DNA from: an uncultured Verrucomicrobiae bacterium
Lineage (GTDB): Bacteria; Verrucomicrobiota; Verrucomicrobiia; Chthoniobacterales; JAFAMB01
DNA: 64,000 nt
Assembly: GCA_963762565.1 (NCBI GenBank)
Contig: CAVXLD010000007.1
Coordinates: 599,549-663,548, forward strand
Direction of reading: 5' to 3'
In this document: positions 1 to 9,800 of the stretch, piece after piece
Layout: the number at the start of each line of letters is the position of its first letter
Numbering within the stretch: position 1 is the stretch's first letter
Notes under the pieces: generated by a model
What the model was told of the DNA's origin: nothing
The model's input: the letters and a program-made list of their open reading frames with translations, nothing else
The model's database searches: none
Made by a program: the position numbers and the translations under genes

Positions 1-2
1 CT

Positions 3-581
3 TATCATCATGGTAACCTCCGCCAGGCCTTGCTGCAGGCAGCGGAAACGGCGTTGGAGGCGCGCGGCGTTTCCAGTCTCTCTTTGCGCGAACTGAGCCG
101 CGAGGTAGGCGTCAGCCATACCTCTCCCCGTCGCCATTTTGCTGATAAACAAGCGTTGCTGGATGCGCTGGCCCAAAGCGGTTTCGAACGATTCGACGCT
201 GACGTAGCTCAAGCGGCCAATAGGCGGGCCCGCAATTTCGTGGCCCGACTGACTAATTTCGCTCAGGCTTATGTTGAGTTCGCGCTGAAACATCCCGCCC
301 TTTGGGTTTTGATGTTCGATGCCAAACATCGGCCGGGCGCGCCACCTGAGTTGTTAAGCGCGAGCGATGCCGCATTTTCCCACGGACCAGCGCTGTTCAA
401 AGCCGGTCAGGCAGCCGGCGACGTGGTGCTTGGTGATCCCGCGCGGTTATCCCTCACATTGAGCGCCGCCTTGCAGGGATTGGTCTCCATTTCCACCGGA
501 GGGCAGTTCAAAGGGTTCCCCCTGGAGACGCTCGTGCCGACAATGGTAAAGCATATTCTGTTGGGGCTTCGGCCGCGGTAG
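3..581 (+). CDS. TetR/AcrR family transcriptional regulator (5' end runs off the window)
   Basis: Frame is open from nt 3 (YHHGNLRQALLQAA); HTH LSLRELSREVGVSHTSPRRHF; WHG-type C-terminus. Confidence 0.9.
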   Translation, partial: YHHGNLRQALLQAAETALEARGVSSLSLRELSREVGVSHTSPRRHFADKQALLDALAQSGFERFDADVAQAANRRARNFVARLTNFAQAYVEFALKHPALWVLMFDAKHRPGAPPELLSASDAAFSHGPALFKAGQAAGDVVLGDPARLSLTLSAALQGLVSISTGGQFKGFPLETLVPTMVKHILLGLRPR

Positions 582-593
582 TCGTCCTCGTGC

Positions 594-981
594 TCGTGCT
601 CGTGCTCGAAAAGGCCGGCACGTTGACGGGGCGCGTTTGTTCCCAACGCCTGGAGGGGAGCCGCTTTGGCGTGTCATTCACGACCTCGCGGTATTTGTCT
701 CAGCGCGCGATTTGGCCAAAGAATATGCGCAACAGGCGGCTCCCGGGAATTACCCAGCGTGATGCTTTGCCGATAGGTTCCGATTCGTTATGACCCCGGC
801 CGGCTACAGTTGCAAACCGCTGGGTCGTTCGCGGGAGCCGCTTGTTCTCACGCGTTCCGGTTGGACTAACACTGAGACGAATATCACGAGGCTGGGCAGA
901 TTCACGCCAAAGCGGCTCCCCTCCAGGCGTTGGGAAAAACACGCTTCGTAAACATGCTAGCCTCGTCGAGCACGAGCACGA
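594..981. repeat. Nested inverted-repeat element (REPIN/MITE-like)
   Basis: Outer TCGTGC-repeat arms 594-609/966-981; perfect 34-bp IR 640-673/903-936 (TTCCCAACGCCTGGAGGGGAGCCGCTTTGGCGTG); inner IR about 731-759/818-846. Confidence 0.85.
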
Positions 982-1003
982 AAATCCTCCCGGGCGGCAT
1001 CTG

Positions 1004-3247
1004 TCATTTCCGCCGGAGGTATCGCTCAGCCACGACCGAAGGTTGCTCAACTACACGGCCGGCCGCTACGTCGAACGCGAGGCGGATAAACTGGGCGTGT
1101 GCCCAAGCAAGAGGCGTCGCCGCAGTCGTGGCGGTGCCTGACACAAACCCGGGTTGGCCCGAGGGCGGCTCGTTATCCCAAACTTGCTCAGATAGTAAAT
1201 GACCCTCGTTTGCGGTGTTTGCCATTGCTACCAGATCCGTTTGCGCAGCTTTCAGGTTGAGAGCGGCGATTTCGTATTCTCCGCGTTCGCCGGCGAAGAT
1301 AGGCCACACCCGGCCACGGGTCGTGCCGGAGTCAGGCGGAGCGAGCATCCAGGGAGCGCCTGAGGGTGTTTCGCCGTATCCATCGTCGGTATAGCGATGC
1401 CAGAATTTGCCGGTAGAAGTCGTCACCGACAGCTGGGTGTCGACCAGTTTAAGGCTGTTCGTGATCACCTCGTCGCTAGCCGGCTTTATTCCAAGACGGA
1501 CCAACTCGAGAAAACTCGGGTCTATTACCTTTCGCTGGTCGATAGCACCGGGCCCGCCGTTGGCCAGGTTATAAGTTGTACCTGAGTCGGGCCGGCCATC
1601 TTTCGTGAGTCTTAAGTAATACGGTGACGAGCTGTACGGGCCGTTCCGAGTGACCGTCCATTTTTCGATTTGCGACCGCCAGGAGTCAGCCGTTTCCAGG
1701 TAGCGGTGTGCGGAACCCTTATCGCCGTTAGCCCTCGCGATATCAGCCGCACAGACTAGCGCGGCGATCTCGCTGGCGGTGCAGGCGGGAGAATAGCCGC
1801 TCTGTTCTTCCCATCTATCTTGAAGTGTGTATGGCGCCGGGTGTTCGGATAACGGAGCGAACTTCAGGAGAAAGTCAGCCGCCGTTTTTATATGCCGTGA
1901 CCAGGTACCGGCGTCCTTACGGCCGAGTTGATAGGCTAGGATGATCGGATCCGACACTTCATCCAACTGCAAGCTGTGGAAGATCGGGGTGCCATCTACC
2001 ATCGTATTTTGTGGGCAAGAACCATCAGAACTTTGTTGGACATTGAGAACGTAATCTAAGGCGCGGCCAGCGCCGCTCAGGTCGCCATTAGCGATGAGCG
2101 CGGTCGCGATTTCATAGAGATCGCGAGACCACACCCCGTGATAAGGTCCGGAGGGATTTATCAGGCCCGTTCCGAATGCCCAGGGAATCGAGGGCGAGGC
2201 GATGAACGCGCCTCGATAAGTCTTATCTTCACAGGCCGCCAGTACCATGGAGGAGACTGCATATAACTGGCGTTGTTGCCGGCTGGAAAGGGTAGGGGGA
2301 GCCGGGCGCAAGGACCCCAAATACTTCTTCCAGCCCTCAGCGTAATCCTTGGCGGCTCGATCGAACCCGGCCGCGAGCGAGTCGTTGGCCATATCAAGAG
2401 CTTTCGACTCAGTGGAAGCAAAACCAAGCGCCAGCGTGAGATGCTGGCTTCCCTTCATTCCGGTTAAACCCAACCTACCAGTCTGCACAACAGTACCGTT
2501 GAGTGCGGAACCGTCATGTGTGGTTAACTGATAGTGCTGAGCTAAGTCCGTCCCGCCATCCGTGGTTCCGAGGTAGCCGTTAGCCGTTTCCGTAAAATCC
2601 GGCGCTGCAACCAGTGCGCTGGCCATCACCATCTTTTCATCCGAAGCGATCAACGCTTTTCCTTTTGTTTCGCCCGACTCATCGAGAGGAGCGGCAACCT
2701 TCGGATTGTTAAGCTGGGGTTGGTAGACGGCGTAGAGCTGGTAAGGCTTATCGTCCAAGGAGACAAACTCAACATCGATCAGTAGAGTCGGCCGAGCAGG
2801 ATCTGTGACAAAAGTGGTCGTCAGACACCAGCGGTCAGCTTTGTCCCGGTTGACAATTTGGTAGGTCAAGCTAGTGGGATTGTCCCCACCGTCGTCCGGC
2901 GGATCTTTTTGGTCACCCGGACGGCCCAGATTCACCAGGCGGGTCAGCGATGTGGACCCGTCTTGAGCTCGTACCGCAAAATTTTGTCCGTCGGTCACAA
3001 TAAAGTCGAGGTTACGGACGCTTGGCGTATCGACGCGAGGATAGTAGACCTCGCTCAACCGTCCGTTTTGTAATGTGAACCAAACGTTGCTAGCCACGCT
3101 GTAACTGGTACCGAAACCAGTCTTGTTCGCGGGCAACCAATCCGCATTCGCACCTTTGGGAACTAAACCGCCCGCCGGCATTTCAGAAAGCCCGGAAGCC
3201 GGATAGGCGCAAAGCGATGCAAACAGGGCAACACGTAAAATTGGCAT
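1004..3247 (-). CDS. Secreted glucoamylase/glucodextranase (GH15)
   Basis: Signal peptide; glucodextranase N-domain (VWFTLQNGRLSEVYYP); YHGVWSRDLY, QDRWEE, LSEQVW and PLAWAHAQFIRL motifs. Confidence 0.92.
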   Translation of the reverse strand: MPILRVALFASLCAYPASGLSEMPAGGLVPKGANADWLPANKTGFGTSYSVASNVWFTLQNGRLSEVYYPRVDTPSVRNLDFIVTDGQNFAVRAQDGSTSLTRLVNLGRPGDQKDPPDDGGDNPTSLTYQIVNRDKADRWCLTTTFVTDPARPTLLIDVEFVSLDDKPYQLYAVYQPQLNNPKVAAPLDESGETKGKALIASDEKMVMASALVAAPDFTETANGYLGTTDGGTDLAQHYQLTTHDGSALNGTVVQTGRLGLTGMKGSQHLTLALGFASTESKALDMANDSLAAGFDRAAKDYAEGWKKYLGSLRPAPPTLSSRQQRQLYAVSSMVLAACEDKTYRGAFIASPSIPWAFGTGLINPSGPYHGVWSRDLYEIATALIANGDLSGAGRALDYVLNVQQSSDGSCPQNTMVDGTPIFHSLQLDEVSDPIILAYQLGRKDAGTWSRHIKTAADFLLKFAPLSEHPAPYTLQDRWEEQSGYSPACTASEIAALVCAADIARANGDKGSAHRYLETADSWRSQIEKWTVTRNGPYSSSPYYLRLTKDGRPDSGTTYNLANGGPGAIDQRKVIDPSFLELVRLGIKPASDEVITNSLKLVDTQLSVTTSTGKFWHRYTDDGYGETPSGAPWMLAPPDSGTTRGRVWPIFAGERGEYEIAALNLKAAQTDLVAMANTANEGHLLSEQVWDNEPPSGQPGFVSGTATTAATPLAWAHAQFIRLAFDVAAGRVVEQPSVVAERYLRRK

Positions 3248-3300
3248 TGGAAAGGGGGGAGAAAGAAGATGGCAGTGAAGATGGAGGAGTTCCAGGAGTT

Positions 3301-3579
3301 GATTGGAGGGGAGCCGCTTTGGTGGGCGACCAAGAAACTCACCTTATTCGTGTCCTGGGTGCATGTGTCCGAGAAAGGATGCAAGAGGCGGCTCCCGGGA
3401 ACTACCCAGCGGCTCGCAGCCTTGCCGCTCGGACCGAAAAACCGAAACGTGCACGGGCAATTCATCGCCTTGGGTTATTCGCGGGAGCCGCCTGTTGCCT
3501 CGTTCAGAGAACGCATCGAGCGTTGGAACGAATTTCGAGGGGTTGTTTTGGACCGCCCCAAAGCGGCTCCCCTCCAATC
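3301..3579. repeat. Nested inverted-repeat element, same family as 640-936
   Basis: GATTGGAGGGGAGCCGCTTTGG 3301-3322 with its complement at 3558-3579; inner GGCGGCTCCCGGGAA arms about 3381-3411/3466-3498. Confidence 0.85.
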
Positions 3580-3662
3580 GAACTCCTTCTTTTCGGTTCC
3601 CGGCTTGACGGCCAAAAACGCCCGCGAGAGCATTGTGCGCCGCTACTCTCAGAGAAAACGCC

Positions 3663-4916
3663 ATGATTCAGTTACCGATCACCGACATCCGGCAAGAGAT
3701 TTTGGACGGAGAAATAACCGCCCGTGCACTTGCTACCATCGCCTTGGAGCAAGCTAATTCGAGTCCCGCCAAAAACACCTATGTGTCCATGGAGGAAGCG
3801 GATATCGAGCAGCAACTCTCCACGCCCAACCCGGCAACGGAGGAGACGCAATTATTGCGCGGGATCCCAATCTCCGTGAAGGATTGTTTCGATGTGCGCG
3901 GGTATCGGACCAGTGTCGGATCGAGATATTACTTCGAGACCGGCGGAATAAAATCGGAAGACTCTGCGTTGGTGCAACGGCTTAGAACCGTGGGAGCAAC
4001 CATCACGGGTAAAACCCACCTGCACCAATTAGCTTTCGGTCTTACCGGTGAGAGCGAGGATTTTGGGAATTGTGTGCAATGCGATCGCCCAAATCTGCTG
4101 ACCGGCGGATCCAGTAGCGGCGCCGCTGCTAGCGTTCTGGAAGGATCAGCCATGGCCGCTATTGGGACCGACACCGGCGGATCGATCCGGTTTCCGTCCA
4201 GCCTCTGTTCATTATTCGGCTATCGCGCGTCACTAGGGACTGGTTCCTGGGTTGGGGGCCACCATCTGTCCGAATCGTTCGACACCATCGGATTTCTGTT
4301 CCGCCACCTGAAAGATGTTCAATTACTCGGCAAGGCGATCCTCAATATCCCAAGTGAGCATGATGCCGGAGGCACGGTCCGTATCGGCATAGTAAATTCG
4401 ACTTTCTATGCGGATACCGAGCCGGAAATCGTTGCCGGGTTGCTGCAGTGGAAGGAGCGTTTCCCGAATTGTGAATTTGAGACTTTCAATGGGGGCGTGT
4501 TTGCAGAATCGCTCGAAATTTTCCGGGGCATCGAATGTCATGAAGCGGCGGGGTATCATGAAGGTCATTTTGATGAGTTCGAGAAACCAATCGCAGACCG
4601 ATTGCATTGGGGCAGTTCTTTGTCAGAAGACCAAATAAAAGAGCTGCGCCGGCGCCATTTGGCTTCCAAGCAACAGATTGGCGCTCTTTTTGATCAGTTC
4701 GATTTTCTCTTGCTGCCGGTCGCCCCGGTTTCGTTGTTGGAAAACGGGACTGACCATAACCCAGTACGGAACAGAATTCTGAGCTACACCACTCCCGCCA
4801 GCATTGGGGGTTTACCATGCCTGGCTCTCCCCAATGAAACTGGCGGATGCCAGTTACTAGGCCCGGCCGGCGGAGACGCTAAGCTCCTCACCTTCGCGAG
4901 CCGCCTGGCCGGCTAG
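3663..4916 (+). CDS. Amidase signature family protein
   Basis: GIPISVKD, TGGSSSGAAASV and GTDTGGSIRFP motifs; ATG at 3663. Confidence 0.92.
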   Translation: MIQLPITDIRQEILDGEITARALATIALEQANSSPAKNTYVSMEEADIEQQLSTPNPATEETQLLRGIPISVKDCFDVRGYRTSVGSRYYFETGGIKSEDSALVQRLRTVGATITGKTHLHQLAFGLTGESEDFGNCVQCDRPNLLTGGSSSGAAASVLEGSAMAAIGTDTGGSIRFPSSLCSLFGYRASLGTGSWVGGHHLSESFDTIGFLFRHLKDVQLLGKAILNIPSEHDAGGTVRIGIVNSTFYADTEPEIVAGLLQWKERFPNCEFETFNGGVFAESLEIFRGIECHEAAGYHEGHFDEFEKPIADRLHWGSSLSEDQIKELRRRHLASKQQIGALFDQFDFLLLPVAPVSLLENGTDHNPVRNRILSYTTPASIGGLPCLALPNETGGCQLLGPAGGDAKLLTFASRLAG

Positions 4917-5372
4917 GAAAAGGAGCCAGGAGGAAACGTATGGGCGTGTCGGCGTGAATACGTATTGGTGTAGCCACTCGGCAACGTAAGGTGCGGCGTA
5001 TAGCGCTGCGAATGGATGGGACTTACGGGACTGATGGGACCAATATGATGCGACTTAGGTCCCAGGGGCTCAGAGGTCCATCGTCGAGCCCCCGCACACG
5101 CCGGCACGCCGACGCGCCCATACGCCCACACGCCCACACGCTCAGACGCCCTTCGTACTCCCTCATTGACGCCCCGGTCATTTTCGGCTTTCTGGAAGCG
5201 GGATGGAACCCGTAGAAAGCGCACTGGAAGCGTTAGGACTGCAGTTGCCGCTCGCCGCTGCTCTCCCGCTGACTTATAAGTCCTATACGTCCCATAGGTC
5301 CCATCTGCGCCACCACCATTACGCGCTGTCCGTCCGAGAACCGCGAACAGAGAACAGCGATTTCCAACTGCC

Positions 5373-6317
5373 ATGTCCGAACATTACCTGACCACTAAAT
5401 CGACTCACGACCGTTGGAATCGTGACTTGCCGCCGCAACTCGACGTGGAGCCGGGGGATGTGGTTAAGTTTGACTGTTTCGATTCTAGCGGTGCGCAACT
5501 CGGGCCGAGCTCGACCGTTGATGATTTTCTTAAGCTCGATCGGAGCAAGGTTCATACGTTGACCGGGCCGGTCGCAATCAAAGGGGCTAAGCCCGGGGAC
5601 ACGTTGGGGGTGGACGTTGTGAATATCCAACACAAAGGGTGGGGGTGGACCAGCATCGCACCCGGGCTCGGTTTTCTACCTGACCGTTTTCCTGACCCGT
5701 TTCTTTTTATTTGGCAACTGGACGAAGAATCGACCGATTCACTGACGCCGGCCGTCGTTCCATTAAGGCCGTTTTGTGGCATCATGGGGGTGGCGCCGGC
5801 TGGTCCCGGTGAGATGCGAACCCGGCCACCGGGAGCTTTTGGCGGCAACATGGACGTAAAAGATTTGGTCGCCGGTTCAACCCTGTATCTGCCGGTCTTT
5901 AACGAAGGCGCGCTGTTTTCTCTCGGCGATGTCCACGCCGCTCAAGGCGACGGTGAGATCTGTATCAATGGCATTGAATGCCCAGCGGTAGTGACTGTAC
6001 GGTTCACGCTGCTCAAGAATGCGCGTCTAAGTGCGCCCATGCTGGAAACAACGCGACGCAGTCGGACCACCGGTGGTGAATGGACCATGATTGAATCCGA
6101 TCAGGATCCACTGGCCGCAGCCCGCCGTGCACTGAATCGGATGATCGATTTCCTGGTCAACAACTGGAAACTTAGTCCGGAACACGCCTATCTGCTTTGC
6201 AGCGTGGCGATGGACCTACGCATTCACCAGGTGGTGAACACACCCCTGATCACGGTGGGCGCATCTTTGCCTAAGTCGCTGTTGCCACTGCTGAAAAGCC
6301 CGGTGATTGGTGATTAG
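5373..6317 (+). CDS. Acetamidase/formamidase family protein (copy A)
   Basis: HTLTGPVAIKGAKPGD, GGNMD and GDVHAAQGDGEIC motifs. Confidence 0.93.
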   Translation: MSEHYLTTKSTHDRWNRDLPPQLDVEPGDVVKFDCFDSSGAQLGPSSTVDDFLKLDRSKVHTLTGPVAIKGAKPGDTLGVDVVNIQHKGWGWTSIAPGLGFLPDRFPDPFLFIWQLDEESTDSLTPAVVPLRPFCGIMGVAPAGPGEMRTRPPGAFGGNMDVKDLVAGSTLYLPVFNEGALFSLGDVHAAQGDGEICINGIECPAVVTVRFTLLKNARLSAPMLETTRRSRTTGGEWTMIESDQDPLAAARRALNRMIDFLVNNWKLSPEHAYLLCSVAMDLRIHQVVNTPLITVGASLPKSLLPLLKSPVIGD

Positions 6318-6441
6318 TGAGTAGTGATTGGTAAGCGAGCCGCCTGGCGCTCTGAAAAACGAACCGCAGATAGACGCAGATTGACGCAGATAAAAGGAGC
6401 CAGAATCCAGGAGTCAGGAGAGGCACGAAGCGCTGAGGGAT

Positions 6442-8355
6442 GTGCGCCTGAAAGTGCGCACCAACAGAAGGGTGAAAGTCCCCATCGGACGGGAACACTG
6501 GCCTGTCCGTAGCTGAAGGTAACTGCGTCGTCGAGAGGCGGGGTGGAGAGCAACCGGAAGCGAAAGACCAGTCCATAAACAAAACAATGTTGAACTCGAT
6601 TCGGCCTGATGCATTGGCGAGCCTGCCTCTTAGTGGCGAAGCCAAGAACGGAAACCGTCCCGTAAAGGGGGCGCGACAATTCCGCGACCTATTGCTGGCG
6701 AGAACAGTGAGCAGCGGGATAGGAATGCATGGGGTGGTTGGAGATAGAATGGTCAGAAGTTGGAGCGATATGAATCAGGGATCACGAACCGGGAAAGGAA
6801 CAGCGTTCATGGCTGCAGGAGGGCCCGAAGAACTGTGCCCGGGAGGTGACAGAGCCTCCGTAGTAGCGAAGAAGCGGGGTAATGCCCGTGGAGCCAAGGG
6901 AGGCAGGAAGGTGGAAGCGTGAAAGAAAGAACGAAGGAACAAACAACCGTCGAGCAGTGCCCGAGAGGGCTCAACAAGGTGGAGAGATCCGTGCCCGATG
7001 GGCATGGGTGGAACCGGAAGTCTGGACGGAACGCATGTTGGCAACCCTGGAAACGGGGATTGAAGGAGGAAAATGGTTTAGGCTGATCGATAAAGTCTGG
7101 AGTCCAAAGAATCTGGCAGGATCGCTGCAGAAGGTAGTGGCGAAAGGCGGAAGCGCCGGAATCGACCAGCAGAGCGCGTGAGTCAAATAGCCAAACACAA
7201 AGAGCAGACGATCCAGAAGCTGGAGCAAGAGCTAAGAGCCAATCAATACCAACCGCAGGCAGTCAAACGGGTATGGATACCCAAGCCTGGGAGCCAAGAG
7301 AAGCGTCCGCTAGGAGTACCGACGGTCAGAGATCGGATCGTGCAAGGAGCAGTGCTCCAAGTCATTGAACCGATCTTCGAACGCGACTTTGCGCCGCAGA
7401 GCTACGGGTTCCGACCTGGGAAAGGATGTAAGGAGGCACTGCGCCGAGTCGATGAGCTGCTCAAGGAGCGGCCATCACTGGGTAGTAGATGCGGATCTGA
7501 AAAGCTACTTTGACACCATACCGCAGGAGAGGCTGATGGAACGAGTCGGAGAGAAAATCGCGGACGGAAGAGTATTGAAGCTGATCGAAGGCGATGCTCC
7601 AGGCCGGAGTGATGGACAGCGCTGAAAGGATGGCAAGCGACAGAACAAGGGAGCCCGCAAGGAGCAGTAATCAGTCCGCTGCTTATCAAATATCTACCTG
7701 AACGGACTGGACTGGAAGATGGCCCGAAACGGCTTTGAAATGGTGCGATACGCCGACGACTTCGTCGTGCTGTGTGGGAGCCAGGAACAAGCCCAAGAGG
7801 CCTTAGAGCAGATCAGCCAGTGGGTAGAAGAAAACGGACTGACGCTGCACCCGAGCAAAACACGGCTGGTTGATGCCAGTCAAAGAGGAGGGTTCGACTT
7901 CCTGGGCTACCATTTTGAAAGGGGAAAGAAATGGCCGCGCAAGAAGAGCCTGGATAAACTCAAAGACACGATCCGGAGCAAGACCCGACGCACCAGGGGC
8001 AGGAACATGAAAGCGATCTGCGAGGATCTGAACCGGACCCTGAGAGGATGGTTTGGGTACTTCAAGCACAGTGATGCCGCACGTGCTCGAGAGCCATCGA
8101 TGGCTACATGCGCGGACGACTGCGCAGCATCCTCAGACACCGGAGCAAACGAAAAGGCCGAGCTCGCCAAAGCGATCATCAACGATGGCCCAATAGCCTA
8201 CTTCTCCGCGGTGGGCTTGTATCTCCTTAAAACAAGCGCACACTGCGGCATGCCGATCTTCTTGAAAGTTAACCACCAACTGGAGAGCCGGATGCGGGAA
8301 ATCCGCCAGTCCGGTTCGGAGGGAGGGGCAAAGCCATCTTTGTCCCTACCCCTAT
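6442..8355 (+). mobile_element. Group II intron
   Basis: 5' GTGCG at 6442; RT/maturase ORF inside; domain V GAGCCGGATGCGGGAAATCCGCCAGTCCGGTTC from 8285; domain VI ending CCCTACCCCTAT at 8355. Confidence 0.92.
6919..8265 (+). pseudogene. ltrA: Group II intron reverse transcriptase/maturase, no endonuclease domain, multiply frameshifted as assembled
   Basis: Fragments in several frames: KGGSAGID, RPLGVPTVRDRIVQ, SYGFRPG, VVDADLKSYFDTI, GSPQGAVISPL, RYADD, FDFLGY, LRGWFGYF; breaks may be sequencing errors. Confidence 0.88.
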
Positions 8356-8756
8356 TTTAGCTAGGGTGAGTCTGCGAGCCCTAGGTATGGAGTAAAAAAA
8401 AGTGGTCAAGCGCTGAAGGCGCGAAGAAACGCCGTGGCGGCGAAATCCGGACGCAACTAGCAGCTCTTTCAGCGCTTCGCGCCTCTCCTGGCTCCTTTTA
8501 TCTGCGTCAATCTGCGTTCATCTGCGGTTGAACTCTTCCCTCGTTGTTCCTCATTGACGCCCCGGTCATTTTCGCCTTTCCGGAAGCGGGATGGAACCCG
8601 TAGAAAGCGCACTGGAAGCGTTAGGACTGCAGTTGCCGCTCGCCGCTGCTCTCCCGCGGGCATATAAGTCCTATACGTCCGATAGGTCCTATCTGATCCA
8701 CCCCATTACGCTCGCACATCCGTGAACCGCGAACAGAGAACAGCGATTCAACCGCC

Positions 8757-9701
8757 ATGTCCGAACATTACCTGACCACTAAATCGACTCACGACCGTTG
8801 GAACCGTGACTTGCCGCCGCAACTCGAGGTGGAGCCGGGGGATGTGGTTAAGTTTGACTGTTTCGATTCTAGCGGTGCGCAACTCGGGCCGAGCTCGACC
8901 GTTGATGATTTTCTTAAGCTCGATCGGAGCAAGGTTCATACGTTGACCGGGCCGGTCGCAATCAAAGGGGCTAAGCCCGGGGACACGTTGGGGGTGGAGG
9001 TTGTGAATATCCAACACAAAGGGTGGGGGTGGACCAGCATCGCACCCGGGCTCGGTTTTCTACCTGACCGTTTTCCGGACCCGTTTCTTTTTATTTGGCA
9101 ACTGGACGAAGAATCGACCGATTCACTGACGCCGGCCGTCGTTCCATTAAGGCCGTTTTGTGGCATCATGGGGGTGGCGCCGGCTGGTCCCGGTGAGATG
9201 CGAACCCGGCCACCGGGAGCTTTTGGCGGCAACATGGACGTAAAAGATTTGGTCGCCGGTTCAACCCTGTATCTGCCGGTCTTTAACGAAGGCGCGCTGT
9301 TTTCTCTCGGCGATGTCCACGCCGCTCAAGGCGACGGTGAGATCTGTATCAATGGCATTGAATGCCCAGCGGTAGTGACTGTACGGTTCACGCTGCTCAA
9401 GAATGCGCGTCTAAGTGCGCCCATGCTGGAAACAACGCGACGCAGTCGGACCACCGGTGGTGAATGGACCATGATTGAATCCGATCAGGATCCACTGGCC
9501 GCAGCCCGCCGTGCACTGAATCGGATGATCGATTTCCTGGTCAACAACTGGAAACTTAGTCCGGAACACGCCTATCTGCTTTGCAGCGTGGCGATGGACC
9601 TACGCATTCACCAGGTGGTGAACACACCCCTGATCACGGTGGGCGCATCTTTGCCTAAGTCGCTGTTGCCACTGCTGAAAAGCCCGGTGATTGGTGATTA
9701 G
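8757..9701 (+). CDS. Acetamidase/formamidase family protein (copy B)
   Basis: Near-identical to 5373-6317; two D/E substitutions in the N-terminal part. Confidence 0.93.
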   Translation: MSEHYLTTKSTHDRWNRDLPPQLEVEPGDVVKFDCFDSSGAQLGPSSTVDDFLKLDRSKVHTLTGPVAIKGAKPGDTLGVEVVNIQHKGWGWTSIAPGLGFLPDRFPDPFLFIWQLDEESTDSLTPAVVPLRPFCGIMGVAPAGPGEMRTRPPGAFGGNMDVKDLVAGSTLYLPVFNEGALFSLGDVHAAQGDGEICINGIECPAVVTVRFTLLKNARLSAPMLETTRRSRTTGGEWTMIESDQDPLAAARRALNRMIDFLVNNWKLSPEHAYLLCSVAMDLRIHQVVNTPLITVGASLPKSLLPLLKSPVIGD

Positions 9702-9800
9702 TGAGTAGTGATTGGTAAGCTGTCGCCCCACCAATAGGGCCGCGGCCCAACCAATCACCTCTCACTAATCACCAATCACTTCTCATGCGCGCGTAGCGCC

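Noticed and set aside
6919..8265. RT as a retron, DGR or defence RT
   Set aside because: It is bounded by canonical group II intron 5' end and domains V/VI; the nearby duplicated gene lacks adenine-specific TR/VR variation
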